Positions 22,712 through 33,566 of a DNA stretch of 33,566 nt are shown in pieces. Made by a program: the position numbers and the translations under genes. Position 1 is the first letter of the stretch, and every line of letters starts with the position of its first letter. The stretch lies in assembly GCF_001194135.2 (NCBI RefSeq), contig NC_069008.1, positions 13,015,424-13,048,989 on the forward strand, read 5' to 3'. The notes beneath the pieces are model-generated. The model had not been told where the DNA came from. It ran no database searches and saw nothing but the letters and a program-made list of their open reading frames with translations. The DNA is from Octopus bimaculoides (Eukaryota).

Positions 22712-23100
22712 TGCTGGTATGACTGTTGGGTAAAATAGCTTCCTTCCCAACCACATGGTTGTGGGTTCAGTCTCACTGCATGGCACCTTAGGCAAGTGTC
22801 TTCTACTATAGCCTCGGGTCAACCAAAACCTATGAGTGGATTTAGTAAGTGGAGGCTGAAAGAAGCCAGTCATCTCTCTCTTTCTCTCTCTATATATATA
22901 TATATGTAAGTATATGTGTGTGTGTGTGTGTGTGTGCATGTCTTTGTGTCTAGTTTGTTCCCCACCACCACTTGACAACCAGTGTTGGTGCGTTTACCTC
23001 CATGTAACTTAGCAGTGCAGTAAACGAGATCAATAGAATAAGTACTAGGCTTCAAAAACATTAAGTCCCTGTGTCGATTTGTTTGACTGAAAATCCTTGT
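22712..23100 (+). mobile_element. SINE family B, older copy
   Basis: Colinear with 21344-21757 but with more substitutions. Confidence 0.8.
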
Positions 23101-23539
23101 CGGCAAGAATATTTAATATGTAAATAATTTTATTTTTAGTCAATAATAATTAAAAATAATTAACAAAACGATGACAATAGTGGTTTTGGTGGTGGTGTGA
23201 ATGTGTGGCTTTATGCTGAACAAAGCAAAAAGAAAACACTTCACTTGTCCAGGGTGTGTAAATGAATGCGTTATTAGTTGCAAAGAGGTTGAATTATGTC
23301 TGTTTCTGTCTTAAGGCGGCTTAACCATTATGACACAAAGCTGGATTGTTACATGTTAAGAGGGAGGAAGTGAAGATAAAATCAAAATAACGACAGAGAG
23401 AGAGAGAGAGAGAGAGAAAATAAAGAGGAAAACAAGAACAAAAACAATCTATAAACTGTTGAACTGGTTTCCAATATACATTTGGGATTGTCATATTTCA
23501 AGACCTGCTATCAAAACAATACAGACTAGGCTGACACTT

Positions 23540-24120
23540 GTTTGTTTGTTTCTTTCTTTCTTTCTTTCTTTCTGTCTATCTATCTATCTATCTATTATAT
23601 ATGTATGTATGTATGCATGTATGTGTGTGTATGTATGCATGTATGTATTCATGTATGTATTTATGTATGTATGTATGTGTGCATATATGTATGTATGCAT
23701 GTATGTATTTATGTATGTATGTATGTGTGTGTGTATGTATGTATGCATGTATGTATGTGTATGTGTGTGTGTATGTATGTATGTATTTATGTATGTATGT
23801 GTGTGTGTATGTATGTATGTGTATGTATGTATGTATGCATGTCATTGTTCAGTTTTATTTCAAGATTTCTTGCCAAAAGAGAGTCGGTTTCTAACCTACA
23901 TTCAAGTCCCCTTCGTTGGAATTTCAACATCAACAATGGTATTTTTGTATGTATGTATNNNNNNNNNNNNNNNNNNNNNNNNNNNNNNNNNNNNNNNNNN
24001 NNNNNNNNNNNNNNNNNNNNNNNNNNNNNNNNNNNNNNNNNNNNNNNNNNNNNNNNNNNNNNNNNNNNNNNNNNNNNNNNNNNNNNNNNNNNNNNNNGCA
24101 TGTATGTATGTATGTATGTT
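23540..24120. repeat. (TTTC)/(TCTA)/(TATG)n microsatellite block spanning a gap
   Basis: Direct reading. Accounts for the long MYVC/HTYI ORFs in the track. Confidence 0.9.
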
Positions 24121-24332
24121 GTGTGGAGGCGCAATGGCCCAGATACAACAGAAACAGGAAGAAAGAGTGAGAGAAAGTTGTGGTGAAAGAGTACAGCAGG
24201 GTTCAACACCATCCCCTGCCAGAGCCTCGTGGAGCTTTTAGGTGTTTTTGCTCAATAAACACTCACAACGCCCGGTCTGGGAATCGAAACCGCGAGTCCG
24301 CTGCCCTAACCACTGGGCCATTGCGCTTCCAC
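24121..24332. mobile_element. Rearranged SINE family A: short + head fused to a - strand copy
   Basis: gtggaggcgcaatggcccag (24123-24142), then reverse-complement family A sequence ending ctgggccattgcgcttccac (24332). Confidence 0.8.
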
Positions 24333-24710
24333 CGATGACAAATATAAACACCGATTAGCGACAATTTGTTTGCTGATAGCGTAGTCAAAGCTTTAGTCTT
24401 TTGCTAGTCTCAAAGTTCCGTCTACTTCTCCTTCACGAGATACAATATATGGAAACACCGGTGTCCCAAAAGCCGCTCGTTAACGAGACGATTGTGTTGA
24501 ACTCCTTGTTTTAAATGGAAGAAGTTACCCTTCCTAACACAAAACACGACAGCACTCAGCATATTTTGTGTCTGAACCTGCCTTGAGGAGTTAAGAAGCA
24601 ATATACAATTATTCATTCCACATCTTGCTATAGATCACCGTTTTTTTTTTATTAATGTTGTTGTTTATGGCGCACTGATTCGATGTTAATATACGAAAGC
24701 GGTAAGGTGA
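24333..24710. promoter_or_regulatory. CpG-rich unique segment, possible promoter/first exon with a + strand donor (gcg|gtaagg, 24702)
   Basis: Many CpGs (e.g. gccgctcgttaacgagacg) against a CpG-poor background. No transcript data. Confidence 0.35.
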
Positions 24711-25217
24711 CAAAGCTTTATTTCTAAGGCTTTAATAATAATAATAATGATAATAGTTGTAGAATTATATGAACCCTTCCTGGTTACAGTAATTATGTCT
24801 TAGTGAAAACACGTTACAATGGGGGTAAATATAGGGTCGGGGGTAAAATTTGTAACCGGGGCAAAATGATTTATTTCTGATTTCTCGTTATTTTCTTCCT
24901 GCGTGTTTGAAATCATTACATTGCGAGTATTGCATCGTTATTAAGTATTACTACCTTATATTTAGGAGTCGAAATTGGTCAGCATAGTTGTTGCTGTTGA
25001 AGTTCAGCGAGGTCAAAACAAAGTCAGGTGCCAGGTCCTCTTTTTTTACGAGGAATTTTTCCTCAACTTTGACCCGATTATAATCGAAGTTGCTAATAGA
25101 ATATCTGGATGATTTTTGGTATTTGATAATCAATATTCTTTTCTCTATTGGATTCCAAGTCAATTTTCCCCACACACTAATGTGGACACTCCAGCAGATG
25201 GTGAAGAAGCTATAGAT

Positions 25218-25450
25218 CAGTGGTTCTCAACCAGGGTCTATATAAGAGTTTTGGGAGTCCACACAAAATAGGAAATTGGGGATCTACAATGAGGGACCCT
25301 GAAAAAATTTTGGTTTAGATGTATGTATTGATATGGATTGCAAGAGTCCACTTAAATTCCTCTTAACTTCCAGGAAAATGAATATTTTTTCGTGAAATTT
25401 TCTACAAATATACCTTGATGTATGTACATTTCGAGCATGTAGGAATTTTG
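25218..25450 (+). mobile_element. hAT/Charlie-like MITE left end
   Basis: cagtggttctcaaccagggtc matches the Charlie-type TIR consensus. Related to the 32698 element. The right end was not found. Confidence 0.5.
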
Positions 25451-26397
25451 AAGGAAACAATTGCAGGTTATTTTTGAGAAGTGTTCCCCACTCGGTGGTG
25501 TTTCGGAGCAAGTCGTCCATATTTGTTTCATTTTTCTCTATTATGTGCGTATGTGCATCCGGACCTTCCAAAGTCGGGGGGTACAACTCTGTNNNNNNNN
25601 NNNNNNNNNNNNNNNNNNNNNNNNNNNNNNNNNNNNNNNNNNNNNNNNNNNNNNNNNNNNNNNNNNNNNNNNNNNNNNNNNNNNNNNNNNNNNNNNNNNN
25701 NNNNNNNNNNNNNNNNNNNNNNNNNNNNNNNNNNNNNNNNNNNNNNNNNNNNNNNNNNNNNNNNNNNNNNNNNNNNNNNNNNNNNNNNNNNNNNNNNNNN
25801 NNNNNNNNNNNNNNNNNNNNNNNNNNNNNNNNNNNNNNNNNNNNNNNNNNNNNNNNNNNNNNNNNNNNNNNNNNNNNNNNNNNNNNNNNNNNNNNNNNNN
25901 NNNNNNNNNNNNNNNNNNNNNNNNNNNNNNNNNNNNNNNNNNNNNNNNNNNNNNNNNNNNNNNNNNNNNNNNNNNNNNNNNNNNNNNNNNNNNNNNNNNN
26001 NNNNNNNNNNNNNNNNNNNNNNNNNNNNNNNNNNNNNNNNNNNNNNNNNNNNNNNNNNNNNNNNNNNNNNNNNNNNNNNNNNNNNNNNNNNNNNNNNNNN
26101 NNNNNNNNNNNNNNNNNNNNNNNNNNNNNNNNNNNNNNNNNNNNNNNNNNNNNNNNNNNNNNNNNNNNNNNNNNNNNNNNNNNNNNNNNNNNNNNNNNNN
26201 NNNNNNNNNNNNNNNNNNNNNNNNNNNNNNNNNNNNNNNNNNNNNNNNNNNNNNNNNNNNNNNNNNNNNNNNNNNNNNNNNNNNNNNNNNNNNNNNNNNN
26301 NNNNNNNNNNNNNNNNNNNNNNNNNNNNNNNNNNNNNNNNNNNNNNNNNNNNNNNNNNNNNNNNNNNNNNNNNNNNNNNNNNNNNNNNNNNNNNNNG

Positions 26398-26737
26398 TTC
26401 CAGTTGATCCGATCAACAGAACAGCCTGCTCGTGAAATTAACGTGCAAGTGGCTGAGCACTCCACAGACACGCGTACCCTTAACGTAGTTCTCGGTAATA
26501 TTCAGCGTGACAAAGCTGGCCCTTTTAATTACAGGCACAACAGAAACAGGAAGTAAGAGTGAGAGAAAGTTGTGGTGGAAGAGTACAGCAGGGTTCGCCA
26601 CCATCTCCTACCGGAGCCTCGTGGAGCTTCAGGTGTTTTCGCTCAATAAACACTCACAACGCCTAGTCTGGGAATCGAAACCGCGATCCTATGACCGCGA
26701 GTCCGCTGCCCTAACCACTGGGCCATTGCGCCTCCAC
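26398..26737 (-). mobile_element. SINE family A (3' end lost in the gap)
   Basis: Reverse complement of the 4172 copy. Confidence 0.9.
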
Positions 26738-27230
26738 GATCGACGGTTACCTGTGTTGTAAAGTAAATTAATAAGTAATGTATATGAATAAAGCAACGTA
26801 ATTATTTAGCGAAATGGGAATAAAACAGTTTCATTAATTAGCAAACATATCATCAATAAGATTCAAAAACCTGCTGAAATTTGCAAATTTATGTATCTCT
26901 GGATATTAGGATAAACAACATCTTCAAATAATGAATCTCCTTATATTATGAGAGAATATATGTCCTTGGGACTTGGGTAACCTTCCCCGCCATCACATAC
27001 ATGGTAGCCCTATAGAACAGCGGTTGGTGAACCAGGGTAAATTATCCCAAGTGGTGTAAAAATGAAATTCTTGTTGGCAACGAGGACTCATTAGATATAA
27101 GTAAAATTATATAAAAAACATGTTCCCTGTTAGCTTTGATTTTCTTCCATTCTCATCAAAGGGGTGATGTCAGCATAAATATATTTTGGGGTAATTGGTT
27201 AAAAAATTTCCCCAACCCCTGCTATAGAAT

Positions 27231-27665
27231 ATCATCATCATCGTTTAATGTCTGCTTTCCATGCTAGCATGGGTTGAACGATTTGACTGGGGATAGGCGA
27301 ACCAGATGGCTACGCCAGGCTCCAATCTGATTTGGCAGAGTTTCTACAGCTGGATGCCCTTCCTAACGCCAACCACTCCGAGAGTGTAGCGGGTGCTTTT
27401 ACATGCCACCGGTACAAAGGCCAGTCAGGCGATACTGGCAACAGCCACGCTCAAAATGGTGTTTTTTACGTGCCACCTGCACAGGAGCCAGTCCAGCGCA
27501 CTGGTAACAACCTCGCTCGAATGCTTTTTCTCATGCCACCGGCACAAGTGCCAAGAAGGCAACGCAGGTAATGATTATGCTCAAATGGTGCTATTTATGT
27601 GCCACTGTCGGGGAAGCCAGTCAGCTGCTCTGGCAGCGATCACGCTCGGACGGTGCTCTAGAATA
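27231..27665 (-). mobile_element. Retroposon family R with (CAT)n tail
   Basis: atcatcatcatcgtttaatgtctgctttccatgctagcatggg...; reverse of 4786-5186. Confidence 0.8.
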
Positions 27666-27849
27666 AGATTTCATGACATAATCAATCAATTATAAAGGAA
27701 ATAATGGGAAAATATCATTATACTTAGAACCTTCTGGTGCAGCTCTTGCTCCCTGAGCCTGGGTAATGTAAGGTGGTGTGGTGGAGTTACATGAGGTTGG
27801 AATCTTCAGTATCTTCTGTGTTGTCAATGTTATCCTCTGTAGAAGACAG

Positions 27850-28052
27850 TGAGGTGGCAGGATCGTTAGCACACTGGGCAAAATGCTTAGTAGCATTTCA
27901 AACGTCCTTATGTTCTGAGTTCAAATTCCCCCAAGGTCAACTTTGCTTTTCGTCCTTTCAAAGCTGATAAAATAAGTACCAGTTGAACACTGGGGTTGAT
28001 GTAATTGATTTATCCACCGTCCTTGAAATTGCTGGCCTTGTGCAAAGATTCC
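27850..28052 (+). mobile_element. tRNA-derived SINE family D
   Basis: ggcaggatcgttagc...gagttcaaattcc...ctttgcttttcgtcctttc...gataaaataagtaccagttgaacactggggttgat. Confidence 0.7.
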
Positions 28053-28764
28053 AATATTATCAGTTGTTTTTGGGGAAGATGGTAGAGATGGAATGCCTGG
28101 AGAGTCTATGCTAGACTCATAGTCATTGTTATTGGTTCTTACATATGAGGGGCTAAAGAACTGTCAGTGATGACTCCAGAAGGGTCACCAACGGTGCCAC
28201 TTTCCATGGTATTGATGAGAAGCAGAAAACCCAAAGAAAGTAGTTATCATTGACTGCTTACTTGATGTTTGTTGTTCCCTATATATTTCTTTGTAGGGTG
28301 AAATACCATGATCTAGAATAGCAGCCACTGATTGTTTTCCCTCAAAACTTCAGTCTACTTCATGTAGGGGATGAGTTAGTTGCTCGTTGTCTGATGTTAT
28401 AGCCCTTTTCTCAAATACCTTTTGCTGATAAAGGTCTCTTTCATCTGCATTCAGGACTTGACACAGTGAATATCCACCCTTGTTCGTCTTTTTACTAAAT
28501 TCTTTTGGAAATCTGCAAGTATACTGAAAGATGAAAGGGTGAAGGAGATTGACGGGTGTCTATGATAAAATGATTTGGATGGAATGTAGGGCAGAGAAGA
28601 GGATGGCCAGAGATTGGGAAGGGCAAAAGGGTGAATGTAGTGAATGAAGGAGAGGTGATCAATGATAAAAACGAGTTGGATGGAAAGCAGGGAAGAGGAG
28701 GGGAGAGTATTTGATGACTAGAGATTGTTCCACTACTTTTTTAGTATCCTCTTTGTCTGATAAT

Positions 28765-28787
28765 GTTCTTTTTTGCTGTGATTTCAG
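28765..28787 (+). promoter_or_regulatory. Putative splice acceptor of the ZNF-B terminal exon (exon starts 28788)
   Basis: ttcttttttgctgtgatttcag|atcatcagatgat, homologous to the ZNF-A acceptor. Confidence 0.65.
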
Positions 28788-29380
28788 ATCATCAGATGAT
28801 CTGAATATTTTTACACCTGATACATCAGCAGCCTTCATCATCTTTAAAAGACTAAATCAGCATTTGGAATGTTTACAAGAAGAGTTTTCCTTCTTATTAA
28901 ATATGGATTACGAATGAGTTTGCAGAGTCTCCATATCGCTGCAAAGATCACAGCTGCTGGAAATATAGCAGTTGAAAGATACATTTTTGCAAGAAATTAA
29001 GTATATGCANNNNNNNNNNNNNNNNNNNNNNNNNNNNNNNNNNNNNNNNNNNNNNNNNNNNNNNNNNNNNNNNNNNNNNNNNNNNNNNNNNNNNNNNNNN
29101 NNNNNNNNNNNNNNNNNNNNNNNNNNNNNNNNNNNNNNNNNNNNNNNNNNNNNNNNNNNNNNNNNNNNNNNNNNNNNNNNNNNNNNNNNNNNNNNNNNNN
29201 NNNNNNNNNNNNNNNNNNNNNNNNNNNNNNNNNNNNNNNNNNNNNNNNNNNNNNNNNNNNNNNNNNNNNNNNNNNNNNNNNNNNNNNNNNNNNNNNNNNN
29301 NNNNNNNNNNNNNNNNNNNNNNNNNNNNNNNNNNNNNNNNNNNNNNNNNNNNNNNNNNNNNNNNNNNNNNNNNNNNNNNA

Positions 29381-29893
29381 GGAGAGAAGCCATATCATTG
29401 TGATATTTGTGGTAAATCATTCTCTAGACAAAGTGATTTAACTAAGCACAATCGCATTCATACAGGAGAAAAGCTGTATCATTGTGACATCTGTGGTAAT
29501 TCATTCTCTCAGAGACATGTCTTAGTCACTCACAAATTTATTCATACAGGTGAGAAGCCATATCACTGTGATATCTGTGGTAATTCATTCTCTCGAAGTC
29601 ATCGCTTGACTGAACACATACGTATTCATACAGGAGAGAAACCATATCACTGTGTTACCTGTGGTAAATCATTCTCACAAAATGGTGACTTGACTAAACA
29701 TAACCGTATTCATACAGGAGAAAAGCCATATCGTTGTGATATCTGCGGTAAATCATTCACTCATAAAGAAAGCTTAACTACACACAACCGTATTCATACA
29801 GGAGAAAAGCCCTATCATTGTGATATCTGTAGTAAATCATTCTCTTATAAAACCAGCTTTAATACACACAAATGTTTCCATACAGAAAAGTAA
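29381..29893 (+). CDS. C2H2 zinc-finger protein ZNF-B, last six fingers (5' part in the gap 29010-29379)
   Basis: Open frame from GGA 29381: [24 protein letters not shown] ... [18 protein letters not shown]. The track's TTG start at 29606 is internal. Confidence 0.9.
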   Translation, partial: GEKPYHCDICGKSFSRQSDLTKHNRIHTGEKLYHCDICGNSFSQRHVLVTHKFIHTGEKPYHCDICGNSFSRSHRLTEHIRIHTGEKPYHCVTCGKSFSQNGDLTKHNRIHTGEKPYRCDICGKSFTHKESLTTHNRIHTGEKPYHCDICSKSFSYKTSFNTHKCFHTEK

Positions 29894-30630
29894 CTGTATC
29901 AATGTCAAAATATTGTTTGCAGTAAATAAAGTCGTCCAAGTTTGTCAATTAAGTTACTACATTTTTTTCCTCTTTGGTAGCAATATCAGGAATGCAGATA
30001 TTGAATTGTGTCCTATGATGGCTCACAGAGTGAACCTCCAACTGTTACAAACAATTTTTCTCCTGTTTTTTTTTTTTCTTTGTCAGTGTATTTGGCAGAA
30101 AATGCTGCTGAGTGGATTCACAACTCAGTGTGACAATGAGAAAAGCTTTAATGTGAAAATGCATCAAATACAGGGCATTGGTTGGTCTGGGGTTATGGAA
30201 GCACCATATAGTGGCACTAAACCTGAAAACACTTGGTTGTGAAACACACTTCTTAACCGCACAGCCATGTCTGGGCCTATAATTTGGTACTTATTCTGTG
30301 AGTTCTTTTGCTGAACTATGTGGTTATCGGGGATATAAGCAAACACAAAATACACATATTTATACAGAGATGCCACCTTTTTGCCTACCAAATCCAATCA
30401 CAAGGCATTAGTTGTCCCCAGTGTTTCTAGTAGAAGATTCTTGCCCAAGGTCCAAAACTATGTGGTTTGGAAGTGAACTTCATAATCACTCAACCTTACT
30501 TGATAAAATACTCAGTTTTAAAAGTGTCATCCATCACCCAAAGTGAAGCATGTGCTCATTTCTCCAAGTTGCATGTTGTTGTGCATACAAGAACTCTGTC
30601 ATCTATTTCTAATCAGGAATTGCCCCTGCA
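29894..30630 (+). repeat. 3' flank paralogous to the ZNF-A 3' flank (3328-4600)
   Basis: Shared blocks: taactg.atcaatgtcaaaa; tgtca.tgt.ttt.gcag.aaat.tg.tgagtggatt; ctcagttttaaaagtgtcatcc.tcacc.aaa.tgaagca; agaactct...atcaggaat. Confidence 0.8.
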
Positions 30631-30689
30631 ATTCAAAGATCTGTTTTTGTTTTCTCCAGCACCAATAATAATTATTTTCTGTACACTTC

Positions 30690-31380
30690 CATTATCATCA
30701 TCATTGTTTAACATCTGCTTTCCATGCTGGCATGGGTTGGACGGTTTGACTGAAAACTGGTAAGCCAGGGAGCTACCCCAGGTATCAATCTGATCCTGCA
30801 TGGATGACCTTCCTAATGCCAACCACTCCAAGTGTGTAGTGGTGGGTGCTATTGACATGATGCAGCATTGGCAACGACTACGATCTCACTTGGCTTGACA
30901 GGTCTACACAAGCACAATATATCACCAAAGGCTTCGGTCACCTGTCACTGCCTCCATGAGGCCCAGTGTTTGAACGGTGTTTTTTACATGCCACCAGCAC
31001 TGGTGCTAGTCTGACAGTACTCGCATTGGCCATGACTATTATTTCACTTGGCTTAACAGGTTTTCTCAAGCACAGCATATTGCCCAAAGTTTGAAGGGTG
31101 CTTTTTACAGGCAATTATGCAACATTGGCATCAGCTACAGCTATGATATCACTTGGCTTGACAAGTCTTCACAAGCACGACATACCGCCAAAGGTCTCGG
31201 TCATTAGTCATTGCCTCCTTGAGGCCCCACATTCAAAAATCATGCTTCACTACCTCATCCCATATCTTCCTGGGTCTACCTCTTCCACAGGTTCCCTCCA
31301 CTGTTAGAGTGGAGCACTTCTTCACACAGCTGTCCTTGTCCATATGCATCACATGACCATATCAGCACACCACATCTGAT
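30690..31380 (-). mobile_element. Older family R retroposon with internal subrepeats
   Basis: catcatcatcattgtttaacatctgctttccatgctggcatgggttggacgg; repeated tcacttggcttgaca units. Confidence 0.7.
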
Positions 31381-31519
31381 GCCCGACTCTAAAAGTCTAC
31401 ACAGAGTGTGGTTTTTAAGCTAGTATGTGTGTGTGTGCACATACATGTGTGGATGTATGTCGATATATATATATATGTATACATATACTTTTATACACAC
31501 ACACTTCAGTATAAGCTTT

Positions 31520-32465
31520 CAAACAGCATAGATTACGATTATAAAGAAATTTGTGGGGAAAATGTTTTCCGAAGGGGTGGGAGGGGACTGTCGGTAAGTT
31601 CACACGATCCGTTTTTTTTTCCCTTCATAACTTTCAGGATCTCGTTTAGCACCCAGTCACCAAAACGGAAAAAAACCCCAGTCTAANNNNNNNNNNNNNN
31701 NNNNNNNNNNNNNNNNNNNNNNNNNNNNNNNNNNNNNNNNNNNNNNNNNNNNNNNNNNNNNNNNNNNNNNNNNNNNNNNNNNNNNNNNNNNNNNNNNNNN
31801 NNNNNNNNNNNNNNNNNNNNNNNNNNNNNNNNNNNNNNNNNNNNNNNNNNNNNNNNNNNNNNNNNNNNNNNNNNNNNNNNNNNNNNNNNNNNNNNNNNNN
31901 NNNNNNNNNNNNNNNNNNNNNNNNNNNNNNNNNNNNNNNNNNNNNNNNNNNNNNNNNNNNNNNNNNNNNNNNNNNNNNNNNNNNNNNNNNNNNNNNNNNN
32001 NNNNNNNNNNNNNNNNNNNNNNNNNNNNNNNNNNNNNNNNNNNNNNNNNNATATATATATATATATATATATATACGATGGGCTTCTTTCAGTTTCCGTC
32101 TACCAAATCTATTCACAGGGCTTTGGTCGGCATGAGGCTATAGTAGAAGACACTCAGCCCAAGGTGCCACGCAGGGGGAATGAACCCAGAACCATGTGGT
32201 TGGTAAGCAAGCTACTTACCCCACAACCACTCCTGCGCCTATGTTTGCACAAATTTCTGTTTTTATATTCGTTTTATACACGTTTTTTTTTAACACCTAT
32301 TAGATTGGTTTTTGTTTTTCGTTTTGGTGACCGGGCGCTAAACTAGATCCTGAAAGTTCTGAGGGGGAAAAACAGATGGTGTGAATTTTCTGACTCTGCT
32401 CTCCCCATCCCTTCGGAAAAAATTTCCAGCAGAAATTTTTTTATAATCCTAATTTGTGCCATTTG
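31520..32465. mobile_element. Element with ~165-bp inverted repeats (31520-31686 / 32297-32465), interrupted by a gap and a SINE
   Basis: The reverse complement of the left arm (ttagactgggg...cgttttggtgactgggtgctaaacgagatcctgaaagtt...ccttcggaaaa) matches the right arm. Confidence 0.7.
32051..32240 (-). mobile_element. SINE family B 5' half
   Basis: Reverse complement of 21344-21520. Confidence 0.85.
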
Positions 32466-32697
32466 GACAGTATTTCTATAAAATTTCGCCAATATATATC
32501 CATTTTCCTGAAAGTTTTGAGGGAAAAATCGGACCTGTGAATTTTCCGAAAGTGTTCTCCCCACGCACCCTCGTTTGTTTGCGCAATTTTTTAAAAATTC
32601 GTTTTCTACATATCTTTTTACACCTAGTAGGCTGGGGGTTTTTTTTTCTCGTTAACGGGTCTCATACTATATATTGACCAATTATTCTAGGATAACC

Positions 32698-33020
32698 CTG
32701 TGTTTCTCAACAGGGGTCCATATGACCCTTGGGGTTAATACAAGAGGGATTTGGTTATACTTCTCCAATATACAAAATATTTTTACAATTCTTTTTTACA
32801 ATTCTCAACGATATTTCTTTATAAAAGTGTAGTACCATTTTGGAACTTCTTCAGAAACGCACCTCTCCAACATCGTTAGGGTTAGGGTTAACTGGAGAGG
32901 TGCGTTTCTGAAGAAGCACCACGACTCTTTAAAACATCGAATGGTTATGGGGGTCCACCTGTATAAATTAGGCATCGATAAGGTACACAGAATAAAAGAA
33001 ATAAGTGTCGAGAAACAACA
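32698..33020. mobile_element. Degenerate hAT/Charlie-like MITE
   Basis: Left end ctgtgtttctcaacaggggtccatatgacc, internal gggggtccac, right end resembling gtcgagaaaca. Related to 25218. Confidence 0.4.
32846..32916. repeat. Perfect 24-bp inverted repeat with a 23-nt loop containing telomere-type TTAGGG repeats
   Basis: cttcttcagaaacgcacctctcca - acatcgttagggttagggttaac - tggagaggtgcgtttctgaagaag. Confidence 0.95.
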
Positions 33021-33199
33021 AGTGTGACCCTTTCAATATTTTGTCACGATGCGCAGACTCCATCTCAGCCTTTTGAGGTCACTTCCTCTTAACATTTCCT
33101 TTTGCAAATCACGAATTGTCTGTGTTAAATGTCTACTCAACAGATATAACGACAATGCATTATTATTTAACATCAGATTCTATATACACTCATACCTCG

Positions 33200-33545
33200 A
33201 TACTATGGACCTCCCTGTAACGGATTTCGGAAGCAGCGGACAAAACCGCGGCCTATCAACAAAACTCTTCACCATCCATGGTAAGTCTGACTTTAAATTT
33301 TAAAATGTTGAATTTACTGAATTATAGTGTATATTTGACAGTGTACAGATATTTTACACTGTCAGATTGGATAGTGCGTTTGATTAAAAGTACGACCCTG
33401 TATTCATTCTTCTGTCTTTTCTAATGTAATTGTTGATATTAGCCACTCCTAAGGTAACCTAACCTTAATGCCGTTACCTACGGACAATCGGCTTCATCGG
33501 ACCGACGTTCCCCGCCCCTTTTCGTCCGTTGTACCAAGGTATGAG
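33200..33545 (+). promoter_or_regulatory. CpG-rich segment with two strong donor sites; probable 5' exons of the next + strand gene
   Basis: catg|gtaagt (33281) and caag|gtatga (33539), with a high CpG density. Confidence 0.4.
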
Positions 33546-33566
33546 TGTATGTATTTATGTATATAT

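Noticed and set aside
23459-24241. Long MYVC/HTYI/VCVC ORFs here and at the other microsatellites
   Set aside because: Translations of (TATG)n, (TG)n and (TA)n repeats, partly running through Ns.
24951-25175. 74-aa minus-strand ORF with a protein-like composition
   Set aside because: No recognisable domain and no supporting neighbouring exons. A coding exon cannot be excluded.
25284-26556. 290-395 aa ORFs across the large gap (also 28908-29420, 31646-32116, 4521-5076)
   Set aside because: They are open only because Ns contain no stop codons.

Overview
AT-rich animal genomic DNA with assembly gaps, dense microsatellites and several tRNA-derived SINE families. The intronless [12 protein letters not shown]...HKRIHTGEK zinc-finger arrays and the SINE content resemble an Octopus C2H2-ZNF cluster (inference, no search run). 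Two paralogous + strand C2H2-ZNF genes are present. ZNF-A (1850-3327) has 15 fingers once a false gap is collapsed. ZNF-B (visible 29381-29893) is partly hidden by a gap. They share a splice acceptor, a stop context and about 1.2 kb of 3' flank. Between them, on the - strand, lies a 5433-bp uninterrupted reading frame (14687->9255). The ORF track splits it into 994-aa and 814-aa ORFs, but they are in the same frame and separated by a single TGA (AAA-TGA-CCA-GTG). Together they would encode about 1810 aa: a TRIM-like coiled coil followed by roughly six tandem NHL-type beta-propellers. About 520 nt downstream on the same strand is a hammerhead-ribozyme-like motif with a compensatory U3-A8 core. 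Other features include a 286-bp foldback, a perfect 24-bp hairpin with a TTAGGG loop, MITE-like inverted repeats and two CpG-rich putative promoter regions.
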